Below, one piece after another: positions 46,582 through 55,831 of a DNA stretch of 64,000 bases. Position 1 is the stretch's first letter. Each line of letters starts with the position of its first letter. Under the pieces are notes generated by a model. That model was given only the letters and a program-made list of their open reading frames with translations. It searched no databases and had not been told where the DNA came from. The DNA is from Candidatus Dormiibacterota bacterium. Its GTDB lineage: Bacteria > Chloroflexota > Dormibacteria > Aeolococcales > Aeolococcaceae. The translations under genes and the position numbers were made by a program. The stretch is from contig DASYKI010000012.1 in assembly GCA_035995545.1 (NCBI GenBank), positions 48,914 through 112,913 on the forward strand, written 5' to 3'.

Positions 46582-46839
46582 CACGTCGTTGTTCGAACTC
46601 TGGCGTGCCGAAGAACAGCGCGAACGGCTCCTGATACTCGACCTCGGCGATCTGGCGGTCCTGGACGAGCAGCCGGTGGAACACCCCCGCGTTGAACACA
46701 CGCGGCTCTCCCAATTCGTGATCCCCTCCATGGGGTTCTATGCCACCTTATAAGTAGACTACTTCCTGCTAGTACCACTATCATTTTCGCGGGCCGGCGA
46801 GGAAGCCGGCTGGACGGATGCTCACTAGGAGGACGGTCC

Positions 46840-47514
46840 ATGACGCAGACCGCGCACGACGCATCGCCCGGGGTGTTGGGAGGCTCGGCTCCCGGTGACC
46901 AGGAAGGGGGGGTGGCTCCGGCGGTCCAGCAGGGGATGGAGCAAGCCAAGGAGACCGTCGGCAAGGCGACCGAGCAGCTTGCCGACAAGGCGCAGGAACT
47001 CGGCGGCCAGGCGCAACAGCGGCTTCGCGAGCAGATCGACGGGCGGAGCACGGACATTGGCGACGGGGTGGCCGCCACCGCGGCGGCGGTTCGCACAGCG
47101 TCGCAGCAGCTGCGCGAGCAGGGGCAGGATCTGTCGGCACAGATCATCGAGCAAGCCGCGGAGAAGGCCCAGCAGTTGGGCGACTATCTGCGTGGCAGCA
47201 GCGCGGACCGCCTGCTGCACGACGTCGAGGACCTCGGCCGGCGCCAGCCCTGGGCGGTCATCGCCGGCGGGATCGCTGCCGGCTTTCTGGGTGCGCGCTT
47301 CCTCAGGGCGTCGAGTGTGAGCCGGTATGAACAGCGGTTTCCCTCGACCGGCGCACCCACTGCTCGCGGCACCTCCACCTCGGCCGGTCGTGACCTGCGC
47401 ACCGGCGACCGCGCTTCGGGCGCCTCCGAGGCCACGCTGGCCGGCAGCGCGACCGACACCCTGCGCGGCACGTCGGCGCGCGTGGGCACAACGACTGGTG
47501 CCGGAGCCGGCTGA
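46840..47514 (+). CDS. DUF883/ElaB-YqjD-like stress protein with C-terminal TM anchor
   Basis: Helical Q/A-rich body then RRQPWAVIAGGIAAGFLGARFL membrane anchor, characteristic of ElaB/YqjD/DUF883. Confidence 0.5.
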   Translation: MTQTAHDASPGVLGGSAPGDQEGGVAPAVQQGMEQAKETVGKATEQLADKAQELGGQAQQRLREQIDGRSTDIGDGVAATAAAVRTASQQLREQGQDLSAQIIEQAAEKAQQLGDYLRGSSADRLLHDVEDLGRRQPWAVIAGGIAAGFLGARFLRASSVSRYEQRFPSTGAPTARGTSTSAGRDLRTGDRASGASEATLAGSATDTLRGTSARVGTTTGAGAG

Positions 47515-47972
47515 TGACGGACGTCGGAAAGCCGCCCGCGACCGAATTGCGCGGCCGACCCGCCAGCAGCGACGATGAACGCCAGAAGCCCATCGCCGAA
47601 TTGCTCCGCGAGCTCGCGGACGAGACGTCGGCGCTGGTCCGCCAGGAACTGGCTCTCGCCAAGGCCGAGCTGGCCGAGAAGGGCAAGCAGGTCGGTATTG
47701 GCGTGGGGATGTTCGGCGGGGCCGGCGTCGTGGCTCTCGCGGCCCTGGGCGCCTTCACCGCGTTTCTCATTGCGGTGCTGGCGCTGGCGCTGCCCGTCTG
47801 GGGCGCAGCGCTGGTGGTCACCGCCGTATATGGGGTTGTTGCGGGAATCCTGGCGATGACCGGCCGCAACCGCTTGAAGAGGGGCACGCCCCCCGTGCCC
47901 GAAGAGACCGTTGAAACCGTGAAGGAGGACGTGGCATGGGCGAAGACCCGCGCGCAATCCGGGCGCAGATAG
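47514..47972 (+). CDS. Holin-X (putative actinobacterial holin, holin superfamily III)-like membrane protein
   Basis: LVRQELALAKAELAEKGKQ followed by two TM helices. Member of the conserved DUF883/Holin-X/DUF3618 trio. Confidence 0.5.
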   Translation: MTDVGKPPATELRGRPASSDDERQKPIAELLRELADETSALVRQELALAKAELAEKGKQVGIGVGMFGGAGVVALAALGAFTAFLIAVLALALPVWGAALVVTAVYGVVAGILAMTGRNRLKRGTPPVPEETVETVKEDVAWAKTRAQSGRR

Positions 47973-48553
47973 AGGAAACCCGCGCCCGCATGGGCGACAC
48001 GGTCGAGGCGCTCAGCTACAAGACTGACGTCAAGGCACGCGCCAAGGACGCCGTCGCCGAGAAGAAGGGTGCGGTGGTTGGCAAGATCACCGGACTCAAG
48101 GACGCCGTCGTCGGCACCGCCTCCCATGTCGCCGGCAGCGCGGGCGACGTGGCCGGCGGCGCAACCTCAGCAGTCGGGGACGCGCTTCCCGACCCCGAGC
48201 AGGTCAAGGCGCAGGCTCGCCGAACCGCCAGCGTGGCGCAGGAGAATCCCTTGGGACTGGCCGTCGGGGCCGCCGCCGTCGGCTTTCTCGCCGGCATGCT
48301 GCTGCCGTCGACCCGCATGGAGAACGAGCGGGTCGGCGAGCTGTCGGACAGGGTCAAGGAGGGCGTCAAGGAGACGGTTGCGACGACCGCCGAGCAGGCG
48401 CTGGACCACGGCAAGCAGCTGGTCGAGGAGGTCGGGCAGGCGGCCGCCGAGACCGCTCGCCAGAGCGCTCCCGAGCATGCGCGAGAACTGCAGGCGACGG
48501 CACAGCACAAGGCGGGGGAAGCTGTCCAAAGTGTGAAGGAGGCGGGTTCGTAG
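47936..48553 (+). CDS. DUF3618-like protein
   Basis: MGEDPRAIRAQIEETRARMGDTVEALSYKTDVKARAKD N-terminus typical of DUF3618. Overlaps the previous gene by 37 nt. Confidence 0.5.
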   Translation: MGEDPRAIRAQIEETRARMGDTVEALSYKTDVKARAKDAVAEKKGAVVGKITGLKDAVVGTASHVAGSAGDVAGGATSAVGDALPDPEQVKAQARRTASVAQENPLGLAVGAAAVGFLAGMLLPSTRMENERVGELSDRVKEGVKETVATTAEQALDHGKQLVEEVGQAAAETARQSAPEHARELQATAQHKAGEAVQSVKEAGS

Positions 48554-48566
48554 GCATGTCCGTCGA

Positions 48567-48602
48567 GAGAGCGGCCCCCGTCAATCCCAGGGGGCCGCTC
48601 TC
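48567..48602 (+). terminator. Strong stem-loop: perfect 13-bp inverted repeat GAGAGCGGCCCCC-10nt-GGGGGCCGCTCTC
   Basis: Read directly; begins 14 nt after the DUF3618 stop. Confidence 0.5.
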
Positions 48603-48607
48603 CGACA

Positions 48608-48643
48608 GCCGTCGTTGCGGGGCGGCCCGCCGGTCACGACGGC
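48608..48643 (+). terminator. Second stem-loop (GCCGTCGT-20nt-ACGACGGC) in tandem with the first
   Basis: Read directly; the loop itself is GC-palindromic. Confidence 0.35.
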
Positions 48644-48852
48644 AGCGCGTCCAAGGCGGCTCGGCTCAGTTCGGCAACGCGTCGCTGGACCTCCGAGAGG
48701 TGCGAGCAAGACCACGTATGGTGCTCCACAGCCGTCCTAAGCCCGACCGCCGCCCAGCTGCCAATAGCGTTGCGCAAGCCCGACCGTTTCGCAATGTTCT
48801 CGAACGTTGGGCTTTCCCCCGAGCCTGCTGCTGGGATAGTCTGCTGGCAGCC

Positions 48853-50673
48853 ATGCAACAGCCGACAACCCAGACGATATACGAGCTTTTCAACAGCCGC
48901 ATCCAATTCCGGGTGCCGGTGTACCAGCGCGCGTACGTCTGGAACGAGACCGAGAACTGGGCACCTCTCTGGGATGACATTGCTGACACGGCGAACCGCT
49001 ATATGGAGGATCCGAAGGCGCAAAGTCGCCACTTCCTCGGCCCGATCGTGCTTAGCCAGGAACGCTTTGAAGCGGGGGGTGTCGATCCGCGCCTAGTCAT
49101 CGATGGGCAGCAGCGCCTCACCACCCTACAGATCATCATCGCGGCGGCCGTGGCGGCGGCCCGGGACCATGGACAAGATGACATCGGCGCGGAGCTTGCC
49201 GAACTGACGGTCAATCGGGGGAGAGTGGCGCAGGACGACCTGCAGTTCAAGGTCTGGCCGTCGCGTCGAGATCGAAAGGCATTCCTGTCCGCGCTGGAGT
49301 TCGGGGCGACGAAGTCGGCCACAACAGGGATTCCCGCTGCTTGGATCTACTTCCGGGTCCGCATCGAGGACTGGGTCACGGATGAGGGCGAAGCTGACTC
49401 GAACGGTCAGACAGAGCGGCTTGAAGCACTCCGGGTATGCCTAGCAAACTTGCTCTACGTCGTTTCCATCAACCTGGATGAGAGCGACAACGCGCAAGTC
49501 ATCTTCGAGACACTCAACGCACGGGGGACCGGTCTCGGCGCGCTGGATCTCGTGAAGAACGCCATCTTCCTGCAAGGCGAGCGCGAGAAGGCGGCGACCG
49601 ACTACCTCCACGACGAGTTCTGGGAGCCGACGTTCGAGGGCGACGAGTACTGGTTGGACGAAACCCGCCAGGGCCGAGAGAAGCGTGCACGGGCTGATTG
49701 GTTTCTGATGCACTGGCTCGCGATGGAACTTGGCGAGGTGGTTCGGGCCGATAAGCTCTTCGACACCTTCCGAAAACGGGTTCTGCACGGACCGGACTCA
49801 ATGTCGGTGGTGAAGCTCGTCCCCCGGCTGTGTGAAGACGCGAACATCATGCGGCGTTTTGACGATTTTGTTCCCGGGACGGCAGAGCAGCTGTTCTTTT
49901 CCCGCCTTGAAACGATGGATACGACTACCATGTTTCCCATCGCCTTGTTCCTGTTCCGCTGCTCCGAGCTGACTCCAGAGCGCCGCCTCAGAGCCCTGGC
50001 AGCCTTGGAGAGTTGGCTTGTGCGCCGAGCGATCATGCGGCTCACGGCTAAGAACTACAACCGCACGTTATCGAGCTTGCTAAAGGTCATCAAGGACGAT
50101 TTCGCGCATGCTGACGCGGCGATCGTGGAAGAGCTCCGCTCATCCCAGGCGACCACGGCCATCTGGCCCAACGATGAGGTAGTGCGTTCCCGCGTGGTGA
50201 AAGACGAGTTGTATGGGTACGTCGGCCAGGCCCGCCTTCGGATGCTCCTCGAGGCCTGTGAACTAGACCTCCGGGATCCGGCGAAGACCGAGGCGATCGC
50301 ACTTCCCGGAGGCCTGTCAATCGAACACGCGCTTCCTCAGGCCTGGGAGGAGAACTGGCCTCTTCCCGGCGGGGTCGACCAGGACGAGGCGGCAATCGGA
50401 CGCTGGGCGCATATCAACCGACTTGGGAATCTGACCCTGGTGACTCAACCGTTGAACTCCGCCCTCTCAAATGCTCCGTGGGTAGCGCACCGTGAAGGTG
50501 CGTTCAGCAAGCGAGACGAACTGAAGAAGCGCAGCGTGCTGCTTATCAACCAGCGACTTTGCGAGCATGCGGAGTGGGACGAGGCGAGAATCGACGCTCG
50601 CGGCACCGAGCTGGCAGATGGGATCCTACGAGCATGGCCCGGACCCGATTCCAATGCGTGGCCGGCTAGGTGA
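48853..50673 (+). CDS. GmrSD-like type IV (modification-dependent) restriction endonuclease, DUF262 (ParB/NTPase-like) plus DUF1524 (HNH/His-Me) fusion
   Basis: N-domain has FRVPVYQRAYVWNE and DGQQRLTTL (DUF262). C-domain has SIEHALPQ and HINRLGNLTLVTQPLNSALSN (DUF1524 His-Me finger). Local GC visibly lower than the flanks. Confidence 0.7.
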   Translation: MQQPTTQTIYELFNSRIQFRVPVYQRAYVWNETENWAPLWDDIADTANRYMEDPKAQSRHFLGPIVLSQERFEAGGVDPRLVIDGQQRLTTLQIIIAAAVAAARDHGQDDIGAELAELTVNRGRVAQDDLQFKVWPSRRDRKAFLSALEFGATKSATTGIPAAWIYFRVRIEDWVTDEGEADSNGQTERLEALRVCLANLLYVVSINLDESDNAQVIFETLNARGTGLGALDLVKNAIFLQGEREKAATDYLHDEFWEPTFEGDEYWLDETRQGREKRARADWFLMHWLAMELGEVVRADKLFDTFRKRVLHGPDSMSVVKLVPRLCEDANIMRRFDDFVPGTAEQLFFSRLETMDTTTMFPIALFLFRCSELTPERRLRALAALESWLVRRAIMRLTAKNYNRTLSSLLKVIKDDFAHADAAIVEELRSSQATTAIWPNDEVVRSRVVKDELYGYVGQARLRMLLEACELDLRDPAKTEAIALPGGLSIEHALPQAWEENWPLPGGVDQDEAAIGRWAHINRLGNLTLVTQPLNSALSNAPWVAHREGAFSKRDELKKRSVLLINQRLCEHAEWDEARIDARGTELADGILRAWPGPDSNAWPAR

Positions 50674-50846
50674 GAGGGCGCTGAGAATGAGATCGTTGAT
50701 GCCGTAGACCTGACGCGGAGCACCCCACGCGTCGAGGCACGTCGCCTGACTAGCCTTGCGAATCCCCCGTTGCGCTCCTTACCATGTGAGACGACAGGGT
50801 CGCGGCGGGACGGTCTGCTCGGTCCGACTCAAGGGTATGATCCCCA

Positions 50847-51774
50847 GGTGCGGCGGCGGACTGTATTCTCCTTCGAAGGACTCACGATTGGGGCTGTCGC
50901 GGCCAGTCTGGTCGCGGCGGGCATTTGGGCTGGCCTTTCGCAGGTCCTGCGAAAGGAATCCTCCTCTGCCGGGTCGGGGCCGGCGATAACTGCCCCATCC
51001 ACGGCCGGGATACCACTTCAGACGCCTCTGCCCCTCGTCGCCGGGTCCGGAGATGCTGGACGGGTGCCGACCTTCGCAGCGACTGCAACACCGGTCGCGC
51101 TGCGCGTAACAGTGCTCGACGTCACCTTCGCCAACTATGCAGGCGGCTTGATTGGACCCGAGACCTACCGGGCCGTGATCGCCGGGACTGCGACCGTTGC
51201 AGCGTCGACGCATATGGAGATCGATGGCGTCGGTGTTGATGGCCGGTATGGTTGCCAAGTCACCGGCGTCGTAACGCGTGATCGAGAGACGGTTGCATCT
51301 CAGTACTCGTCATCGCTGTGCACTCCGCAGATGGTGTTCGAGAAACTGACGCCCGGGTCCTACCACTACTCAGTCACACTGGTGGCTCCCTCTGGGGAGA
51401 AGAAGACTGCTAGCAAGGCGTTCAGCGTCGTAGCGCAGCAGATGTCTGTGACGGAAAGCTTTACGAATTGGAGTGGAGGGATGACGGGGCCGAATAGCTA
51501 CCAGGCGTCGATGTCTTCCGGCACGGCCACGGTCGCTGCACGCGTTGGTGTCTCTTTCGATGGCGAGGGGTACCACCTCTCGGGATGCTATACGACAGGT
51601 ACGCTGACGAATGGTGCTGGAACGGCAGTTGCCAACGATCACTCCACCGGTTGCGACGCCACGCTTGGATTCGAGAAGGTCCGACCCGGCAGCTACCGGC
51701 TGACGACAACCACAACCATGCAGTGGGGCGCCGCGGCCACGGCGACCGCCGACGTCACGGTGACGGCCGGTTAG
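50847..51774 (+). CDS. Membrane-anchored tandem-repeat protein (hypothetical), two roughly 110-aa Cys-containing repeats
   Basis: N-terminal TM (LTIGAVAASLVAAGIWAGL), Ser-rich linker, then two similar modules (each ...NY/NWSGG..GP.SY.A...GTATVAA...C...T...C...FEK..PGSY...). GTG start assumed. Confidence 0.4.
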
Positions 51775-51993
51775 CAGAGGGCGCGACAAACGCCTCGGAT
51801 TCCTGTCCGGAGCGGACAATACACTGTGCAGTTGGTGGCCGTTACTCTAGACAGGCCAATCACCGAAGCGGCGGTCTCGGGTGGACGCACATTCTCCCCA
51901 GGGACGCAAATTCATCGCCGGAGCTGGCGCTCGGTGGTCACGCCGCCGCCCTCACCCCGAGGCGCACTTGGGTCACGTAACCACCGACGCGAT

Positions 51994-53685
51994 TCAGCGC
52001 TCGTAGCGTTCGCGGCGGACGACGGTGGGCTTCCTGCCCTTGATGCGGGTTGCGCGCAGGGCGCTGATCACCTCGTCGGCGGCGGCCTCGGGTACCTCGA
52101 CGAGAGAGAACCCGTCGGCGATCTCGATGGCGCCGATGTCGCGACCGGTGAGCCGTGTCTCGCCGGCGATGGCGCCGACAAGGTCCTGGGGCCGAACGCC
52201 GGCAGCGCGCCCCGCGCCGACGAAGATGCGCGTCGTCGCGCCTGACCCTGATCCTGCGGCGCCATACCGTCGTTCGCGTCCCGGGCCGGCGCCTCGGGCA
52301 GGTGCGCCGCCGTCAGGGCGCACGACGGCCTCCGGGATCTCCGTCTCGTCCGCGTCAGCCCCGCCACCGCCCGTCTCGTGGGCCAGCTTGACGGCGGCGA
52401 GGGCGACGTCCATGACGTCGAATTCGTCGGTGAGTGGCTCGACGACGACGCGGAAGCGGTCGAGATCGTCCGCGAGGAGGCTCTCGCGCAGCGCGGCGCG
52501 CGTCAACTCGAGGCGGCGGGCGCGCAGGTCGGCGACGGTGGGCAGCTTCTCGACGGCGATCCGGCGTCCGGTGGCGCGCTCGATGGTCTTGAGCATGCGG
52601 TGTTCGCGGGGCTCGGCGAGGGTGATGGCGACGCCCTCGCGGCCGGCGCGGCCCACTCGTCCGATGCGGTGCACGTACGCGTCAGGCGCGGGTGGCACGT
52701 CGTAGTTGACGACGTGGGTGAGCTTGTCGATGTCGAGACCGCGCGCGGCGACGTCGGTGGCGACGACGAGGTCGGCCGTGCCGTTGCGCAGCCGTCCCAT
52801 GGCTCGATCGCGCTGCTCCTGGCCCATGCCGCCGTGCAGTGCCTCGGCGCGGTAGCCGCGTCCGTTCAGCGTCTCGGTGAGCTCGTCGACCTCGTCGCGG
52901 GTGCGGCAGAAGACCAGCGCAGCCGCCGGCGACTCGACGTCGAGGATGCGTCCCAGCGCGGCTGCCTTGTGCGCGCGTGGCACGACGTACGCCGTCTGTC
53001 GCACCAGCGATGCGTCCTCGCGGGCTGCCTTCTCACCGCCGAGCTGGATGCGCGCCGGGTCGCGCAGGTGACGGCGGGCGATCCCGTTGATCCGCGGTGG
53101 CAGCGTCGCCGAGAAGAGCAGCGTCTGGCGATCCTCGCGGGTCTCGCGGAGGATGGCCTCGATGTCCTCGGCGAAGCCCATGTCGAGCATCTCGTCGGCC
53201 TCGTCGAGGACGACGATCTCCAGGTTGCCGAGACGCAGCGTCCCGCGCCCGATGTGGTCGAGGGCGCGTCCCGGCGTGGCCACCACCACGTCGACGCCGC
53301 CTTCGAGCGCGCGCAGCTGGCGGCCGATCGGCTGGCCTCCGTAGATGGGCACGACCCGCGCGCCCAGGTCGCGCCCGTAGCGATGCATCGCCTCGGACAC
53401 CTGCATGGCCAGCTCCCGGGTGGGAACGAGGATGAGCGCGCGGGGCTCTCGGCCCCCGTCGCCGCGGCAGATCCGCTGCAGGACGGGCAGGGCGAACGCG
53501 GCGGTCTTGCCGGTTCCGGTTGCCGCCTGGCCGAGCAGGTCGCGGCCCTGCAGCAGCAGCGGGATCGCCTCGCGCTGGATGGGCGTCGGTTCCTCGTAGC
53601 CCAGGGCGGACAGCGCCCGCAGCAGCTCGGGGCGGAGGGCCAGGTCGGCGAAGGTAATCGTGTCGTCGGTCGGGTCCGGGGTCAT
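51994..53685 (-). CDS. deaD: DEAD-box ATP-dependent RNA helicase (DeaD/CsdA-like with C-terminal DbpA-type RNA-binding domain)
   Basis: Q-motif, AxTGTGKT, PTRELA, DEAD, SAT, HRIGRxGR and a C-terminal RRM-like extension. Confidence 0.9.
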   Translation of the reverse strand: MTPDPTDDTITFADLALRPELLRALSALGYEEPTPIQREAIPLLLQGRDLLGQAATGTGKTAAFALPVLQRICRGDGGREPRALILVPTRELAMQVSEAMHRYGRDLGARVVPIYGGQPIGRQLRALEGGVDVVVATPGRALDHIGRGTLRLGNLEIVVLDEADEMLDMGFAEDIEAILRETREDRQTLLFSATLPPRINGIARRHLRDPARIQLGGEKAAREDASLVRQTAYVVPRAHKAAALGRILDVESPAAALVFCRTRDEVDELTETLNGRGYRAEALHGGMGQEQRDRAMGRLRNGTADLVVATDVAARGLDIDKLTHVVNYDVPPAPDAYVHRIGRVGRAGREGVAITLAEPREHRMLKTIERATGRRIAVEKLPTVADLRARRLELTRAALRESLLADDLDRFRVVVEPLTDEFDVMDVALAAVKLAHETGGGGADADETEIPEAVVRPDGGAPARGAGPGRERRYGAAGSGSGATTRIFVGAGRAAGVRPQDLVGAIAGETRLTGRDIGAIEIADGFSLVEVPEAAADEVISALRATRIKGRKPTVVRRERYER

Positions 53686-53770
53686 CGTTAAGACACGGTA
53701 CAGACGGTGCGCCGTGTCCCGGGATGGGCAGCGGCACCTGGTCGCTCAGCTCGAGGCGGCCCGGCGCCTC

Positions 53771-55094
53771 CTACGCAACGTCGTCGTCGCGCTCGGCCGG
53801 TGCGCCAAGGGGAAGGGCGAAGAGGGTTCGCACCGCATCGGTCAGCTGGTCGCCACGTGCGGAACCGGAGGCTGCCTTCAACCGGACAGTCGGCTCGTGC
53901 AGCAGCTTGGCCAGGATGCCCCGGGTCACCGATTCCACGACCGCGCGTTCCTGCTCGGTCATTCCGGTCAACCTCGCGCGGTGCCGGTCCAGCTCCTCCT
54001 GCCGCAGCTGTTCGCCGAGCTGCCGCAGGGCGGCGACAACGGGAGCCGCCTCACGATGGGCGAGCAGCTGGAAGAACCGCTCGACCTCCTCGGCGACGAT
54101 CTGATTCACCGCGCCCACCTCGTGACGGCGCTGCGCGATGCTCGCGTCGACGAAGGCTTTGAGGTCGTCCATGTTGAGCAGCGTGACGCCGGGAAGGTCG
54201 CCGACTGCGGGATCCACGTCGCGAGGCACCGCCACATCCACGATCATGAGCGGACGTCCGCGGCGACCGGGCAGCGCCGAGCGAACGTCGTCTGCCGTGA
54301 GCTGCACATCGGGAGATCCCGTCGACGTGACCACGAGGTCGGTCCCCTCGAGGGCGGTGACGAGGTGGTCGAGCTGCAGCGGTCGACCGCGCACTCGTTC
54401 GGCCAGCGCGATCGCCTTGCTCGACGTGCGGTTGGCGACCAGGATCTCGCCGGCGCCGGCGACGGAGGCAAGGGCCTGGGCGATTCCCCGTCCCATTTCC
54501 CCCGCACCCACGACGAGAGCGGTCCTTCCCAGCAACCCATCGAGCCGCTCGGCGGCCATCGCCACCGCCGCCTGGGACAGCGATGTCGTGCCGCGAGAGA
54601 TCGCCGTCTCGGAGCGGGCGCGCTTGCCAACCTCGATGGCATGACGGAAGAGGGAGCTGAGAGTCTGGCCGGCGGCACCCTCACGTCTGGCCGCGTCCCA
54701 CGCCTCCCGCACCTGCCGGACGATCTCGCCCTCGCCCAGCAGTGGCGAGTCGATGCCCGACGAGACTCGAAAGAGGTGGGACGCGGCCTCGTCCCCGTAG
54801 AAGGCGTACAGGTCGTCGCGGAAGTCCGGGGGCTGGCTTCCGCTCCACTCCACGAGGAAGTTGCGTACGTCCGCCATCGCGCCATGAAAGCCGCTTGCGA
54901 CGGCGTAGACCTCCGTCCTCGTGCAGGTGGACAGCACCACCGCCTCGGCAATGTGCTCGCGCCTCACCAGGTCGTGCAATGCCTTCGGCAGCGCGTCGGA
55001 ATTCACGGTCGTCAGCTCGAGAATGTCGAGAGGAGCTGTTCGCGAGCTCAGCCCGACGACGAGGATGTCAGAGGTCACCCGTGGACGGCTCATC
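53771..55094 (-). CDS. hemA: Glutamyl-tRNA reductase
   Basis: ILVVGLSSRTAPLDILE, catalytic VLSTCTRTEVY, NADPH-binding ALVVGAGEMG, and a C-terminal dimerisation helix. Confidence 0.85.
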
Positions 55095-55095
55095 A

Positions 55096-55746
55096 CTATT
55101 CCGACCAGTCGGAGCCTTCGATGATGTCCACGAAGTTGTCGCGCCTGTACCCGGGGACGAATCGCTCCAGGACGTCCGCCTTGACATTGCCGAATGTCGT
55201 TTCCGGCTTGGACGCGATGCCCTCGGTGAAGGCTTGGAGGATGCGACGCTTGAAGTCGGGCCGCGGATGCAGCCGGACGATCTCGTCGCGGTCGGCGTCG
55301 CTGATGTCGCGGTACCCGATGCCGAGCACGTCGTACTCGACTCCTGCAGTGACCAGGGCGACCTCGGGTTCCATGTAGTTGGGGATGCTCGGCGTGGTAT
55401 GCAGGGCGATGGCGGTCCACACGCGGCGGATGCTGTCCTCGGGCACGCCACGGGCCTGCAGGAAGCCGCGCGCCGCGTCGGCGCTGTCGACCTCGAAGCG
55501 CCGGCCGCTCTGGCGGTGCTCAGGGTTCAGGCCGACGTCGTGGAACATCGCCCCGATGTACAGCAGCTCCGGATCGAAGCTGAGCCCTCGGTTGTGGCCC
55601 TGCAGGCTGCCGAACAGGTAGACCCGCGATGAGTGGTGGTACACGAGCTCGCTCGTCGTGTCGCGCACCAGCTCGGTGGCGTCACGCGCCAGCTTTGTGT
55701 CGGGGACCCTCACCCCGGATGTGGATTGTGCGGTGATGCTCATCAC
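55096..55746 (-). CDS. HD-domain metal-dependent phosphohydrolase
   Basis: H...HD motif (HSSRVYLFG ... AMFHDVGL). Confidence 0.65.
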   Translation of the reverse strand: MMSITAQSTSGVRVPDTKLARDATELVRDTTSELVYHHSSRVYLFGSLQGHNRGLSFDPELLYIGAMFHDVGLNPEHRQSGRRFEVDSADAARGFLQARGVPEDSIRRVWTAIALHTTPSIPNYMEPEVALVTAGVEYDVLGIGYRDISDADRDEIVRLHPRPDFKRRILQAFTEGIASKPETTFGNVKADVLERFVPGYRRDNFVDIIEGSDWSE

Positions 55747-55778
55747 TACGTCCTCGGTGTTCTTGAACGTCGGAAGGA

Positions 55779-55804
55779 GACCCGGCGCCGGCAGGCGCCG
55801 GGTC
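55779..55804 (-). terminator. Stem-loop GACCCGGCGCC-GGCA-GGCGCCGGGTC between the catalase and HD genes
   Basis: Perfect 11-bp inverted repeat read directly; lies 3' of the catalase gene on the minus strand. Confidence 0.4.
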
Positions 55805-55831
55805 CACGATCACGCGGTTGGCTGCGCTCGC

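Noticed and set aside
46582-46840. Integrase or att site adjacent to tRNA-Gly
   Set aside because: Only an AT-richer spacer and a 60-aa reverse ORF fragment overlapping the tRNA. No integrase motif and no obvious direct repeat of the tRNA 3' end were found by eye. Kept only as a hypothesis in findings.
47514-47972. Prophage or lysis cassette suggested by the holin-family gene
   Set aside because: No endolysin, terminase, capsid, tail or integrase genes anywhere in the window. Holin-X proteins occur in a conserved chromosomal trio with DUF883 and DUF3618, so a prophage origin is unsupported.
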